From the NCBI GenBank assembly GCA_001643675.2, contig LSRY02000011.1, positions 620,001-684,000 on the forward strand: a stretch of DNA of 64,000 nucleotides, in the 5' to 3' direction. The first letter of the stretch is position 1, and the number at the start of each line of letters is the position of its first letter. The stretch comes from Monocercomonoides exilis PA203 (lineage: Eukaryota; Protista; Preaxostyla). This document shows positions 47,601 through 61,400 of this stretch, one piece after another. The translations under genes and the position numbers were made by a program. The notes under the pieces were generated by a model. That model had not been told where the DNA came from. It made no database searches and saw only the letters and a program-made list of their open reading frames with translations.

Positions 47601-50600
47601 CATCTTCGTCTTCATCTTCCTCTTCCTCTTGCTCTTCATCTTCGTCTTCATCACAGATTGGAAATTTGCTTAAGACATTCCGAGCACTCTTCCCACAGAA
47701 AGACAATAGCAATGGTGATGCACAGTCAGATGGGAAAGAGGAAGAAGGAGAACAGGAACAAAAGATGGTTTTAGATGTGGATGAGGACGAAGACCAAGAA
47801 AATGCAATGCAAAGCGATGAAACTGAGGCAGATTCTGATACAAACACCGAAGCAGACGCGGAAGATGGAATAAACAACAACAGCAGCAGCAATGACTCAC
47901 GCACCAACACTTATTTTTCTGCATCGATGCAACTTCTGTTTGCGATCCGGCAGCATTTGGACGACAGCATTCAGCTGACGACGCTTCCAGAGGCTTTAGA
48001 TATTTACTGCAAACAGTTGAAGACTGCATCGAAGGAAGAGAAGAGGAAATTACTCGGTAAAGAGACAGTGGATCTGCTGGTGCCATTTCTTGAGCTATCG
48101 AAAAAGAGTGACGGAGAAGAAGGAGGAGAAAATGGTGTTGAAAGGGAAAGAGAAGCAAATTCAACAGAAGAAGAAGAAGATGATGATGATGAAGAGAACA
48201 ACATTAAATGTCTTTGCCTCATTTTTGATCTGTTGCAGTGCGGACTTCTCGACGATGCTGAACACACCGCAGCTGTTTGCTCTCCTTCGCTCATTTCAAA
48301 TCTGCTTAGCTTTTTGGATGTGAATAACAGTTCCATCATCACACCACTTATTCTTGCAGTTGCTCGTTTTTGCTCCTGCGAGAATGAAGAAGTCATCAGC
48401 ACTCTCATCGACAACCAGATTCTTTCCAGGCTGTTGCATTCATCAGACATGCAGCACTCGTTTGCTTCCCGCATTGCCGCTGTCAGTTTCTACAGTGTGT
48501 GCTTATTTCGCCTTGGGACAGAATTAGGGAGAAGCGGAGACAACACAATGCACCCAGATTATTTGCCACTCAAAGAAAGTGGTCTGCTCGAAAGGATTGT
48601 CAAACTCCTCACCGACTCATTTGCACACGAGTCAGAAACCAGACGCTACTTCGGCCAGTCGCTCTTCCTCCTCTGCATCAACAGCCCAATCGACAAATCT
48701 TTCCTTCCTGTTCTGCAGTTTGCGAAGGAGTTTGTGGAAAACGAGGCTCGTCCTGTGAAGCACCGGCTGGAGACGCTTGTGTGTCTTTCTCTCCTCACCC
48801 GCCGCCCAGAAAACTATCGCATTTTGACTGAGTGTGGCATCCACCAGCTTTGTGCTGAGCTTATTAATAGGCAGAAGGAGGAGCTGTTCTTTGCCAGTCT
48901 GCGGATGCTCGTGGACTTTGTGCTGGTTGGCGATGGTCTGAGCAGAGAGGCTGTCAGAAGGTGTGTTGATGTATCGTCGGTGGAGTATTTGTCGCATTCG
49001 CCAGGCAGACATTGCTCTTTTGCTGCGAGCTGCCTGCAAGAACTGCTCGGCTTCCCCTTTTTGATGCTCTCAGAATGCGAAAAACTGATCAAGTCTTTGA
49101 AGAATTTCATTCCACAGACGAAGAGTCCAAGCTCTGCTGTTTCAAGTGATATTCTTCTGTCGCACATTCCGCTTGTCCGTGTGATATCTGGACATTATTT
49201 GGCAGAAAAGCCATTAATGGCAGCATTATCAACAATAACCGCCTCTGAGATTTCACCATCCTCCTCTTCCTCTTCCTCTTCCTCCTTATCAACAACATCA
49301 TCATCCATATCATCATCCTTTTACTCCTCATTTTCCTCCTCATTTTCTTCTTCTCCTTCTCTTTCTCTTTCCACAACTCTTATTTACCCTATTTCGGCAA
49401 AAGCGCCTCTATCAGCTTCTTCTTCGTCTTTATCAGCTTCGTCTTCATCTTTATCCTCGTCTTTCTCTGCATCCACAACGCCAAACAACACAAAAAAACA
49501 CTCCGTTTTTATGCTTCCATTTTTCCAGTCAGAAGATGTCCAGACATCTTTGGACACTCCTTGGTCTTCAATGTGGCCACACAGTGCTCCAACATCTTCT
49601 CCTGCAGGACAAACAAAAGCATCCTCAGATTTAATGCCATTATCACCTATTTCATCTGCAAATGCCACCAAACCCCAATCTTCCATTCTCCAAGCTGCTC
49701 CGATCCAAATCCCCGATTCGTCCATCGCGGCTGTGAAGCGTGGCTTTGAAGTTCTTGTTTCTGTTGTGCAGTGCTCATCGCAGAGTGTCAAAGAAGACAT
49801 CTGTACACGCAGCACATTCGTCTCCTTTGCCCGCATTCTCCGTGAATGTCCTCTCCGAACACCTCTTTTTGCACGCGATGGCGTGTGCCGCATGATCCAC
49901 CTGACTCTCTCAAACAACTCAGAATACTTACTCTCTGTCAACACACCTGACCTCGACCGCTATCTTGTTCGAACTATTTCTCTGTCTGCCACGCTTCTCA
50001 ATGCAGAGCACGTGAGGGCATTTCTGTGTTTGACTCAGGTGAGCAACGAAGACATAGCAAATTCGCTTGTGAGATTGGGGTGTTATACTCCGCTTTCGAG
50101 GCACATTGACTCAGATGACATTGAAATAGCTGTGCTTTCACTGAGATCTTTCTGCTCTGTTGTTGTTGAGCGCAACAAAAGTGTGGTGCTGTGGGATGCA
50201 TTTGTGGAGGATTTGAAGCAATTTGCCAAACAAAACAGCTCAAATGAGAAAGCTTCTAAGAGAAACATTTTGGATATTTATCATTCTGACATGGATTATG
50301 CTCAATATGTGAATATGAAAGTGCAGAAAAAGCGAGAAAATTTGAATGAAGAGAACGGGACGAGTCCACAAACAGTCTTACAAGAGGAGCTAAACAAGCT
50401 GCACAAGCGAATAAGGAAGGAGCGCGAGCAAATGATGGAGTATTTTCTGAAGTTGGAGCATCCAGACTTGACAGTTGTCAATGGGCTGAATTGCTACAAC
50501 TCGATTTTGAAGATATTCAAGAAGCTGTCGCTGTTATATCCAGCACAGCCAGATTCTAGTGGGCAAGCTACTCTGCAGTCTTCAATGAACAGCAAGGGAA

Positions 50601-53600
50601 CAACTGTCACGAAACCATCTGAGTCTTCTTCTTCTATTTCTTCTGCGTCTGCTTCATCATCATCATCATCTTTTCTTGTCCCATCCGAATCAATCTACGA
50701 TGATCCTCTTCTTCTTCTCATCTCCCACACCATTCTCTCTCTCCACTCAGGCCGTGCTTTCCCTCCTTCTCTCACACAAATCCTGCAATTTGCTGTTTCC
50801 TATTCGATCGCCCAGAAAGACAGTCATTCCCGCGACACCGTCGCAATCGTGCACATTCTGGTCTCGTTCACCTGCCTTCCTCAGAATCATTCTCTTCTGT
50901 TGAACTCTCACTGTAGTCAGCTGTGTGATGCACTCCTCGTGTCAGCTGATGCGCAGAAGCGGTCGTCTGCGCTGTTGATGCTTGTTGTGCTGTTCAGATG
51001 TGGAGACAGGAGCATTCGCGAAGAGCTGAGAAAGAGCATTTCTGTGGTGAATATGCAAAAGGCTGCTTCTCAGCCATCTGCTCTCGAAGGAGATCGAACA
51101 GATGCATCAGTTCTGATGGAGTTGTGGTCGTACAGCCCAAAGCTGCTGGATGCATTCAGCGATTTCATTCAGATCGTGAAAGGGTCGCTGTCAAATGTGC
51201 ATGACGAAAATTCACTTTCGTTTTGTGTTGCGAATCCTTCATTAATTCCAATTATTCGCAGCGCTTCTATTTCTCAATCATTGTCTGGTTCTTACTCAAT
51301 GTCAATGTCAGCTTCTGCTTCATCTTCTGCTTCTTCCTCTGCTTTATCATCGACTGCAAATTCAAATTCTTCTTTGGCTTCTTCTTCTGCTTCAATTAGA
51401 TCAGATAATAATTCTTCTTTGTCGTCTTCATCTCGAGAAATGACTTACCCGGTGCCATCTCTTCAAGGCGTATCTTCTTTGTTCTCTCTTTCTCTTCCAC
51501 TTTCATTGGTCTCTGAATCTTCCATCCTTTTCATGGAGCACATTCTTGTTGTTCTAAAATCAACTCTTTTGACTTCTCCAATAGAAACTATCAGAAACAT
51601 CATGAATGCCAATGTATTCCGTCAATTTGCTGCCATTCTGAAGGAATGTGACAGTACACATCATTGCTTCATCAGAGACAGCATCTGCGAATTAATAACG
51701 GAAGCACTGAGAGAAGACAAGCAGCAAACAGCTGAAGTGTGCACAACTGAACTTGTTCACTCATTGGTCGTCATTTTGAGGATGAATGATGAACTTGTCA
51801 GGCCTTGCTTTGTGGAAGCTGTAAAATCAATAACTTCACATCAAATAGAGTCACTCTGCACTTCCTTTGCCAAAGAAGACGTATTTTCTATTCTTATTCG
51901 TCTTTTCAGTCATCCAAATGAAATAGTCGCTGCTGAAGTCTGCTTTGTGCTTGATTCGCTGCTTCGCGCTCGGCGCAATAAAACAAACCGGACAATTCCT
52001 CCTGTTGATTACGACACTGTTGCCAAGAAGCTCCGAGGAAACAAGAAAATCCCCGAAGTATTCAATCATTTTCAATCGCAGTCACAAGAAGACAGCGGAG
52101 AAATCGAATGTAGACTCCTCACACCTCAGCTGTCTCTGTGCATTTCGTATTTGCTGCTTATGAGAAACGTCGAGCTGCAGGCTGATTCCGAGCCTCTTCT
52201 GTTGCATGCGATCCAATTTGCGGAAGCACATTTTGTGGAGGCTGAGTGGGATGAAGAAATAAGCATTTTGCTTGAAAGTCTTCTGGAGCTTGCTGAAAAT
52301 CCTGGTTTGAATTTAAATAACTTTTTAGCTTTTTTTTAATCCTATATTTTTCTTTCTTTCTTTGTGATATTTTTTTACTTAGCAAACTTCCCTCTCCTTT
52401 TCAAATGTGGGCTGCAAAATCTCAGCATAGCATTGGTACTCAGTTGTCAAACAGGCAAAAAGCATGTTGGCGTATTGCTTCTGACACAGCTAATTCAAAG
52501 CAGCTCAGGAGAATTGCGTGAAGAAGTGATGAAGTGCATAAATGATAACAACGCGGAAGGAAATGTTGAAACGGATAAGTTTGTGGCAAAACTGAATTTC
52601 ATTCCACGCGATGCAAGTGAACAGTATCGAGATGATGTGGATTCTTTGGTGCAACTTATTTGTTTGCCTCAAGAAATGCTCAGCTCTCTTGATCCGCTTA
52701 TCAAACTGATCACTCCTCATCTTCCTTCCATTAGCACTTTATTTAACACTGTGTATAAAACATATTCACATATTTTTCAGAACTCTTCTGTAAAAATGAC
52801 AAAATCTGTATGGTCATTTCTCTCAACTGCCTCACATGAGAAATCTGAAGATGGATCTCAGCCAGTCGAATTATCAAGCCAACCAAGTTCTCAATCTACA
52901 TCAGGAAATGCTGAAGCCAATAGAGACAGCGCACAAAACACCAATTCAGTGAATTCAAACGGAGAAAACAGTCAGAATTCAGACAGAGCTTTCTCAGCCA
53001 ATTCCATTAGCTCTCAAGAAGATGGATCCAACCAGCCTTCATCATCATCATCCTCTTCCTCCTCCTCTTCTTCTCAACAGCAATCAGAATTTGACTTGGA
53101 CAATGTGAATCGTCCGTTTTGCTTCCCTCCCCGTTTCCCGTCACAGATCCCCACAACTTCAATCGAATACATCCGCTCTGCTCTTCTCTGCTTTTGCCAT
53201 ATTCTTTCCACAGCCGAACAGCCTACAAAAAGAAAGCTTGCCTCCAAGCAACTGTTCGATCTCTTTCCAGACATTCTCCAAAGCTGCCAAAACAACCCGC
53301 TTTCATTTGCGCGCGAAGACATCTGCTTTGTCATCCAGAATTCTCTTGAGAATGATCTTTCCCATCTCTTGTCTGTCTTCTCTCCTCCACTCGCAAGTTC
53401 TCTTATCGGACTTCTCACCTACGAGCCTGAGCTTCCCTCTTTGAGCGTCTTGCGATCTTTGCATATCTTTGCATCGTGCAAAGACAAAGACGTTATTTCC
53501 TCTCTTGTTGATGACAAATGCTATCCTACTCTTGTTTCTCTGTTGTCTCGCTGTCCTGTGAAGAGCTCTGCTCAATCAACTTCAGCTGCTTTTGCGTCTC

Positions 53601-56600
53601 TGTGTGTTTCTTGTGTCTATCACATGGTTCGCTCAAGATGCAACCCAGATCCTCTTTCGGAGCATGTGGATATCGAGGAATTCTCCGAAAACGAACTTAT
53701 TTCTCCGATTTTTGAAAAGTTTACTGAGTGTAGCGATGAAAGTGAAAGAGGAAGAGGGAAAGGAAGAGGGAGAGAAGACGAAGAACAAAACAAAACAAAG
53801 GAAGAGTTGAAGCAAAGAATATGTTTTATTATTCTTGCTTTGTATGAAAATCAACCTTTTCCAGAAGAATACAAAAAAGTGCTTGCATTTTGCTGTGCTT
53901 TTGTATCAGACCAAACGCAAAAAACGGAAAGTAGATTAGATTTATTGACAGCTCTGACGAATATGGCAACGCACGATGGTTTGTCTGGTTCTTGTCTTTC
54001 ATAATTATTATTATTTATAATTGTTTTTCTTTCTTTCTTAATTAATTAATTTTCAATTGTAATATTTGCTGTATTTTATCCTTTTTTGAAATACTTTCTT
54101 GTTTTTTTTCCTTCAGAAAACCACAAACTTCTCATGGACTGCTCAATTGGCAAAACGCTGAACAATCTCCTGTCTGAATCCAACGAGGACATGATATCGC
54201 TTTCACTTGTCATTCTGCGCTATCTCATCGGCCAAAGCACAAGAGAAGTGCGCGAATCTGTTGCCTCTTCCATCTCAGCCGAAAGAATTGGCAAACTTGT
54301 CAATAACAGCCAGCCTTCGTCTGCTGAGTTGCTGTCTTCCTCTGCCGATGCTGATGTCTTGATGGAGATGCTGAAGATACCTCAGCCTCTTCTCAGAGCT
54401 TGCGAACCGCTTGTTGCACAAATAAATGCGTTTTTCATAAAAATCGATACGAAAAAAACAGTTCCGTTGAAGAAAACATCCAAAAGCAAGATATTATCGC
54501 AAACTTTTGCTTCTCCTTCCCCTTCTTCTTCTTCGTCTTCTGCATCAGCATCAGCATCTTCATCTTCATCTTCCTCAAGCAGCTTCGCTTCGAAGCGCCC
54601 AAAACTCTCTCCATTATCAATCCCATTATCCAGCACGCAATTAATTTCCTCTCCCTCTTCTTCTTCTTCTTCTTCATTGCTATCTCCCACCTCGTCGCAT
54701 ACTCACTCTCCTCTTTCTCCTTCATCCTCTGAAGCACAACCTTCAGTTCTTTCACCAAAAGCTCCTTTCTCTCCTCATTCAACACAGTCAATTCATTCAC
54801 TTCACTCACTTCATTCACCTCACTCACCTTCTTCGCTTCATTCACCAACATTCCCTTCCACTCCAACATCTCAGTCAACTCAGTTCATTTCGTGGGGCCT
54901 ATCAACTTTCTCTTCCTTCCCTTCTTCTTCTTCTGCTTCTGCTTCTGCAAGTTCTTCATCCTCCTCCTCTTCTTCTTCCTCTTTCTCTTCTTCGACATTC
55001 TCCTCCTCTTTTGGTTTATCTGCTACTTTTGCTGCTGTTCCCACCACACAACCCTTGCCATCACCGTCTCGTTCCCACAATATTCCAGTTCCGCAGATGC
55101 CTGTTGCTCCTCCACACCCTCCTCTTCCAATGCCTTTTTCTTCGATCCTTCCTTCTTTTTCTATCTGTGGCATCCAGCAGACTATCTACGACTTCGCCTC
55201 GAAAATGCATAAGCAGACCATCCGGCCGAAGGAGAAGCTGAGTCTCAAGGAAGTGTTTGAGTTGTTTCCAGACGTTCTGGCGAGCTGCCCGCAGAACCAG
55301 CAGAACTTCTTCCGCGATGTTGTCTGCGTGTCTATCAGTTCAGTCATCGCCGGCGACTACTTCGTGACGAAAGTGCTGTACAAGCCAGCCTTGGGCAAAG
55401 CGCTCATCGATGTAACTTCACTGGACAAGTCAATTGTCACCATTCGCATCTTCAAAGCGATGGGGGTGCTTCTGTCGGTGACTTCGCCTGAGCCTGTTGT
55501 GGAGTCGATGGTTGAGCTTGGCTGCTTCCGCCCTCTTCTGGCGCTGCTGGAGCACACAGACGAGGAGGTGCGGATGGCGAGCAGCGAGTGTCTGAAGAGC
55601 ATTCTGTTGGGAAGACGAGGAAATGACGCTGCAGACAAGCCACACCAGGACGCAGCGGGCATTCAGTCGCTTGACGGATTTACTGCGATGGCGAAGGCAT
55701 TTGGAAATGTGCCGAAGGAAGGAAGCGCGCCATTCAAAGAGAATCTTGTGGTGTCTGCTCTTGTTGCACACAAGGTTTCCCCTTTGCCAGATGCGTTTGG
55801 CGGCTTTTTGGACATTGCGAAGAATATGGTGACGAACAAGCAGAATGGGATGGAAAATCGAAAGAGAATGTTAATTGCGCTGAAGTGGCTTTCGTGGCAT
55901 CCAAGTGTGTTATTCTTCTTTTGTTCATTTTCTCTTTCATTTTTCCAAAAATTGTCGAATGATATTTCATTTTCAATTCAACACATATTTTTAACGATTG
56001 CAAAATTTATTTGTTTATTTATTTGCTTGTTTAATTTTAATAACAGACAACATTCAAATCCTGAACCAGCACAACATACACAAACTTGCCATAGACATCA
56101 TCAACGGAGACGAAGAACCGTTCCATCTTCTTGCTGGCAACATTCTAACCTATTTGTATTCCCGCTCTGACCAAGAATTCCGCAAGTCATTCACTCCTCT
56201 TCTTCCCAGCGAGCGCATAAAGCAGCTGTCAGAGTCGCAAGCCAGCCAAATGCAGACAGAGATGGGGAATTTATACTGGCACCTGAAGACGCCAGAGGCG
56301 ACTTTCCGCGCCTGCGAAAAGCTTATCCAAATTGTTCTCACACGCATCCAGCCAGAGAAGTCGCAGGAGCTCCTGCCTCACACATCTGTAGAGTTCATCG
56401 AATCGCTCCTGTCGTCGTATGTCGAGAAGCTGAGTGCGCTCCAGGAGGACGCGAAGCTGCCTCTGCTGTCGGACGATCTTCTAGGCCAGATTCTGGATGT
56501 GTTTGACACGTGCCCGCCAGACGTGCGGGTGAAGGTTCGGAATCTTCTCTGTCTGCTGCAGCTGGAGTTCCTGTACAACGACAAGCGCACCACGGACTTC

Positions 56601-57474
56601 TGGTCTGAGCGGATGGCTGACGAGTGTGTGAAGATGCTGTCGATCTCGCAGGACGTGATCGAGACGATCCACGTCCGCGCCTGGAACTCGCTCACCGTCG
56701 GTGAGACGTCGCAAAGAACAACCATTTTGATCGAGAAGAAGATCCTGTCCCGTCTTGTTCCTTTGATTGCGAGCACAGACAAGGCCATGGTGTCTATCAC
56801 GACGCTGATCCTCTCCAACCTAATGGCGAGCGGGCAGAACCACCACCCGGTCAACAAACCGCATCCGTTCCGTGAGGAGCTGATGGCGCTGGACGCGTAC
56901 AAGATTTTGTTCAATCAGTACGAACAGTTCAAAGAAGTCTCGCGCATTGCAAGGAGAATTGTACAGTCAATATTTAGACTGTATCTTGCACTGCCACTTC
57001 CCTCTGAATGCAGCCAGATGGTTGTCTTCACCTCCAATTTCCTCGAAAACAAAGAAGAGCCCGACGCTTCAAAGTCATTTCTGGTGTCCGCTATTACTTC
57101 TCTCTTGTCTTGTGCAGGTTTGCCTCAGATTTTATTTTTTGACTTGAAAGTTTCTCGGAATTTTTTTTTCTTTGTTAATAAATAAAACGATATGCTTGTA
57201 ATATCTGTTTCAAATTTTATAATTAGAGAATCATGCGCTTATTTTGGATAATAATATCGATAAACTTGTTAGCAAGCTTTTGTCAATAAAGGACAAGACT
57301 GTGATGGATTTTCTCCATTTCTTTGCAGCGTTTATGAGAACTGGAAATGAGGCTACAAAAGCAAGGCTAAAGACTCTTTTCAAAAAAGAACAAATTATAA
57401 AGATAAGAGATGAGTTTGCAACAGATGAAGAAGTGAAAACTGCTGCAGACAACCTTTTAGAATTCTTACGCTGA
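44610..57474 (+). CDS. Predicted 12-exon, ~3,896-aa protein: two PTB/hnRNP-L-type RRMs + NEK-like pseudokinase + six ARM/HEAT-like super-repeats. Alternative: an RRM gene ending at 45347 and a kinase-ARM gene starting at ATG 45419
   Basis: Exons 44610-44922, 45016-45339, 45408-45467, 45568-45878, 45946-46069, 46166-46268, 46351-46576, 46778-52304, 52383-53978, 54117-55904, 56047-57117, 57227-57474. All introns are GT-AG with matching phases; total 11,691 nt. RRM1 KVLHVR..QALIEM. RRM2 ILLCTVHNPLFPITV..NGIQFLAEF..ALDGREIYRGCCLLKIVYSK. Kinase motifs IIHRNIKPENI, KIGTLG, YLAPE, SDMFSLGCILFEM, DPNSRPT. Confidence 0.7.
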
Positions 57475-58494
57475 TTTTGTTTTCATCATTATTATTTCAA
57501 TTATTAGATGTTTTCCAACTGTTTTATAATTTTCTTTTTCTTTTCTTTTTTTCATTGTGTTGATTTTTATGTTTTTTAGCAAACATTTGAGTTGTGTTTT
57601 TTTTTTTTTTTTTGATATAATTTGAAAAACAACCTATAAAAATAAAAAAAAATCATCACAAAGATGAAGAAACGTAAAACGAAAAATGCACTTTGTATTT
57701 TGGGATATTTGAAGTCTCTGGCATTTTCTCAAATAAAATAATTTTGCCTTTTTTTTTTTAATGTTTGTTTGATGAACATTAAAAAAATAAATATGTTGAA
57801 CAAACTCATTTTGAAAGATCCGTTTGCATTATTTTTCATATTTCTTGAACAAAGCAATTTGATTATTAAAAACAATTTTTTTTCAGGAATTTAAAGTTCA
57901 ACAGATGAAGCGGTTGTTTCTTCTGAAAAATAGATAAAAAAAGTTGATAATTGAAGTGTGAGTATAAATAAGGATAATCAAGAAGAAAATGATTTGAAAA
58001 AATTGATTGATTACAAGAAATACAAATAGATTACGAATAATTTGATTGTGAAATGGTGGGTGAGGGAGATTATTGCAAAGACGGAGAAATATAAAATAAA
58101 GAATATTATGAAAACGAATTTGAAATGCAATAATAATAAACAAATAGGTTAACTACAAACTTATACAAAGAGAAGTGGAAAGGGAGGAAATATGAGCATC
58201 AATAAACAAAATAGGTCCCTTCAAATTTGTGCCCTATTTTGATTCAAAATTTGAGTGAAAGATAAAAACTGTAAGAATAAATTGAAATGAGTTTAAGTTG
58301 GTAATTCAAAGAATTGCATTAAAATTCTTATTCAAGCGAAATGAACTCATGTGAAGAAGAAAACCGGAGCAGATATTACAAATCTGTTTAATGAGTACTT
58401 TTATAAAAAGATACCTGTAATCCCGTTGATTTCATAAAAGAAAAAAAGTGGTTTTTCAGCATCATCAAATAAACTCTGTATAATATCACTAAAT

Positions 58495-61400
58495 TCACAT
58501 CCACTTTGGTAGCTCAGAATTAACGTTGTTTAACCAATAGTTTGCCATTGTTCTTCCTTCATTATCGGCCAATGTGGAACTGTGTCTCATCCATTCTGGC
58601 GGCTCTGTCTTCACATATTTTATCCACAGCATGGCCATTGTTGCCCCATCATTATCGCTAAGAATATTATCGTGTCTCATCCACTCTGGTGGCTCCGTCT
58701 GGACATATTTTATCCAGAGCATCGCCATTGTTGTTCCATTCTTATCGCAAAGTGAAATTTCATGTCTCATCCACTCTGGTGGCTCGGTTTTGATATATTC
58801 AATCCACAGCATGGCCATCGTCATTCCTCTTTTATTGACAATAATATTGCTATGTCTCATAAATGCCGGCGGCTCTGTATTGATATGAAAAATCCAGTGA
58901 ATGGCCATCGTTGCTCCATTCTTATCGCTTTGAGAAATACTATGTCTCATCCACTCTGGTGGTGACTTTTTGACATATTCAATCCACAACATGGCCATTG
59001 TTAATCCATCTTCATTTCCAAGTGCATTATCGTGTCTCATCCATTTTGGTGGCTCTGTCTTTATATTTGCGATCCAATACATCGCCATTGTTGCTCCATC
59101 ACTATTTTGGAGTACATATTCGTGTCTCATCCATTCTGGTGGCTCTGTCAGGACATATTTTATCCAGAGCATGGCCATTGTTCTTCCATTATTATCGCAA
59201 ATTGTAATATTGTGTCTCATCCATTCTGGCGGCTCTGTTTTGACGTTTGCTATCCAATACATCGCCATTGTGCATCCATCATAATCGCCAAGTGTGATTT
59301 CATGCCTCATCCATTCACGTGGTTCTGTCTTTGTACTTGTGATCCAATGCATGGCTATGGACAATCCTTTCTTGTCGCGATATGAAATGCCATACCTCAT
59401 ATGCTCAGGTGGTTCTGTTTTTTTCTCCATAATCCAGCGCATTGCTCCAATTCTTCCATTGCTATCGGGGGAATTATCACATTTCATCCATTCTGGTAAA
59501 TCAGTTTGAATATTTTCAATCCAATACATCGCCATTGTCCATCCATTTTCATCTGCAAAAGAAATATTATGTCTCATCCATTCTGGTGGAGCTGTTTGAA
59601 CATATTCGATCCACAGCATGGCCATTGTTTTTCCGTTATCATCAGTGCGCGCAATGTCATGTCTCATCCATTCTGGTGGAGCTGTCTGGATATTTGTAAT
59701 CCAACACATCGCCATTGTTCTTCCATCCTTTTCTCCAAGTGTGATCTCATGTCTCATCCATTCTGGTGGAGCTGTCTGTACATATTCGATCCACAGCATG
59801 GCCATTGTTCTTCCATCATCATCAGTGCGCGCAATGTTATGTCTCATCCATTCTGGTGGAGCTGTCTGTACATATTCGATCCACAGCATGGCCATTGTAC
59901 ATCCATCTTCATCCGTAAGTGCACTATCGTGTCTCATCCATTCTGGTGGAGCTTCCTGTAAACAGTCAATCCATAGCATGGCCATTGTTCTTCCGATCTC
60001 ATTGGCTAATATGATGCTGTGCCTCATCCATTCTGGTGGATTTGTCTTCACATATTCGATCCACAGCATGGCCATTGTTGCTCCATATTCATCGGTAAGT
60101 GTAGTGCTATGTCTCATCCATTTTGGTGGCTCTGTCTTCACATATTTTATCCACAGCATGGCCATTGTTCTTCCGTATTTATCGGCTAATATGATGCTGT
60201 GCCTCATCCATTTAGGTGGCTCTGTTTTGACTTTTGAAATCCAATACATTGCCATTGTTTGTCTTTTTGAACCTCCTGTAATTGCTATATCATGTTTCAA
60301 ACTGTCCGGGGGATCTGTTTTATTAAGTTTAATCCAGTTCATTGCTTCAGTTCTTCCATTAACGTTTGCTAATAATTTGTCAGGCTTCATCCATTCAGGT
60401 ACAGCAGCGTCAACAAAATCGCTCCAATATTTTGCCATTGTTCTTCCATATTCATCGGTAAGTGTAATGCTATGTCTCATCCATTCTGGTGGCGCTGTTT
60501 GAACATATTCGATCCATAACATTGCCATTGTTTTTTTATTATAATCACCATGAATCTTATCGTGTCTCATCCATTCTGGTGGCTCTGTCTTTATATTTTC
60601 AATCCAATGCATGGCCATTGTCCATCCATTATTATCGCAAAGCGTAATGCCATGTCTCATCCATTCTGGTGGATTTGTCTTCACATATTCGATCCACAGC
60701 ATGACCATTGTTGCTCCATCGTGATCGCAAAGTGTAGTGCTATGTCTCATCCATTTTGGTGGCTCTGTCTTCACATATTTTATCCACAGCATGGCCATTG
60801 TTCTTCCGTATTTATCGGCTAATATGATGCTGTGCCTCATCCATTTAGGTGGTTCTTTTTGAATATTTTCAATGTAATACATGGCCACTGTTCTTCCCTC
60901 TTCATCGGCAAGCGAAATATCATGTTTCAAACTGTCCGGGGGATCTGTTTTATTAAGTTTAATCCAGTTCATTGCTTCAGTTCTTCCATTAACGTTTGCT
61001 AATAATTTGTCAGGCTTCATCCATTCAGGTACAGCAGAGTCAACAAAATCGCTCCAATATTCTGCCATTGTTGCTCCATCGTGATCGCAAAACGTAATAT
61101 CGTGTCTCATCCATTCTGGTGGCTCTGTATTAGCATGTATGATCCAATACATTGCCATTGTTAATCCATCTTCATTTCCAAGTGCACTATCGTGTCTCAT
61201 CCATTCTGGTGGCTCTGTCATGACAGATTCGATCCATAGCATGGCCATTGTTGCTCCATCGTGATCGCAAAGCGTAATGCCATGTCTCATCCATTCTGGT
61301 GGCTCTGTCTTCACATATTCGATCCACAGCATGGCCATTGTTGCTCCATATTCATCGGTAAGTGTAGTGCTATGTCTCATCCATTTTGGTGGCTCTGTCT

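Noticed and set aside
5807-57147. Numerous 60-390-aa ORFs overlapping the large genes on the opposite strand or in other frames (e.g. 11548-12720, 31524-32507)
   Set aside because: Shadow frames of TCT/TCA/GAA-rich low-complexity coding sequence, with no independent domain signal.
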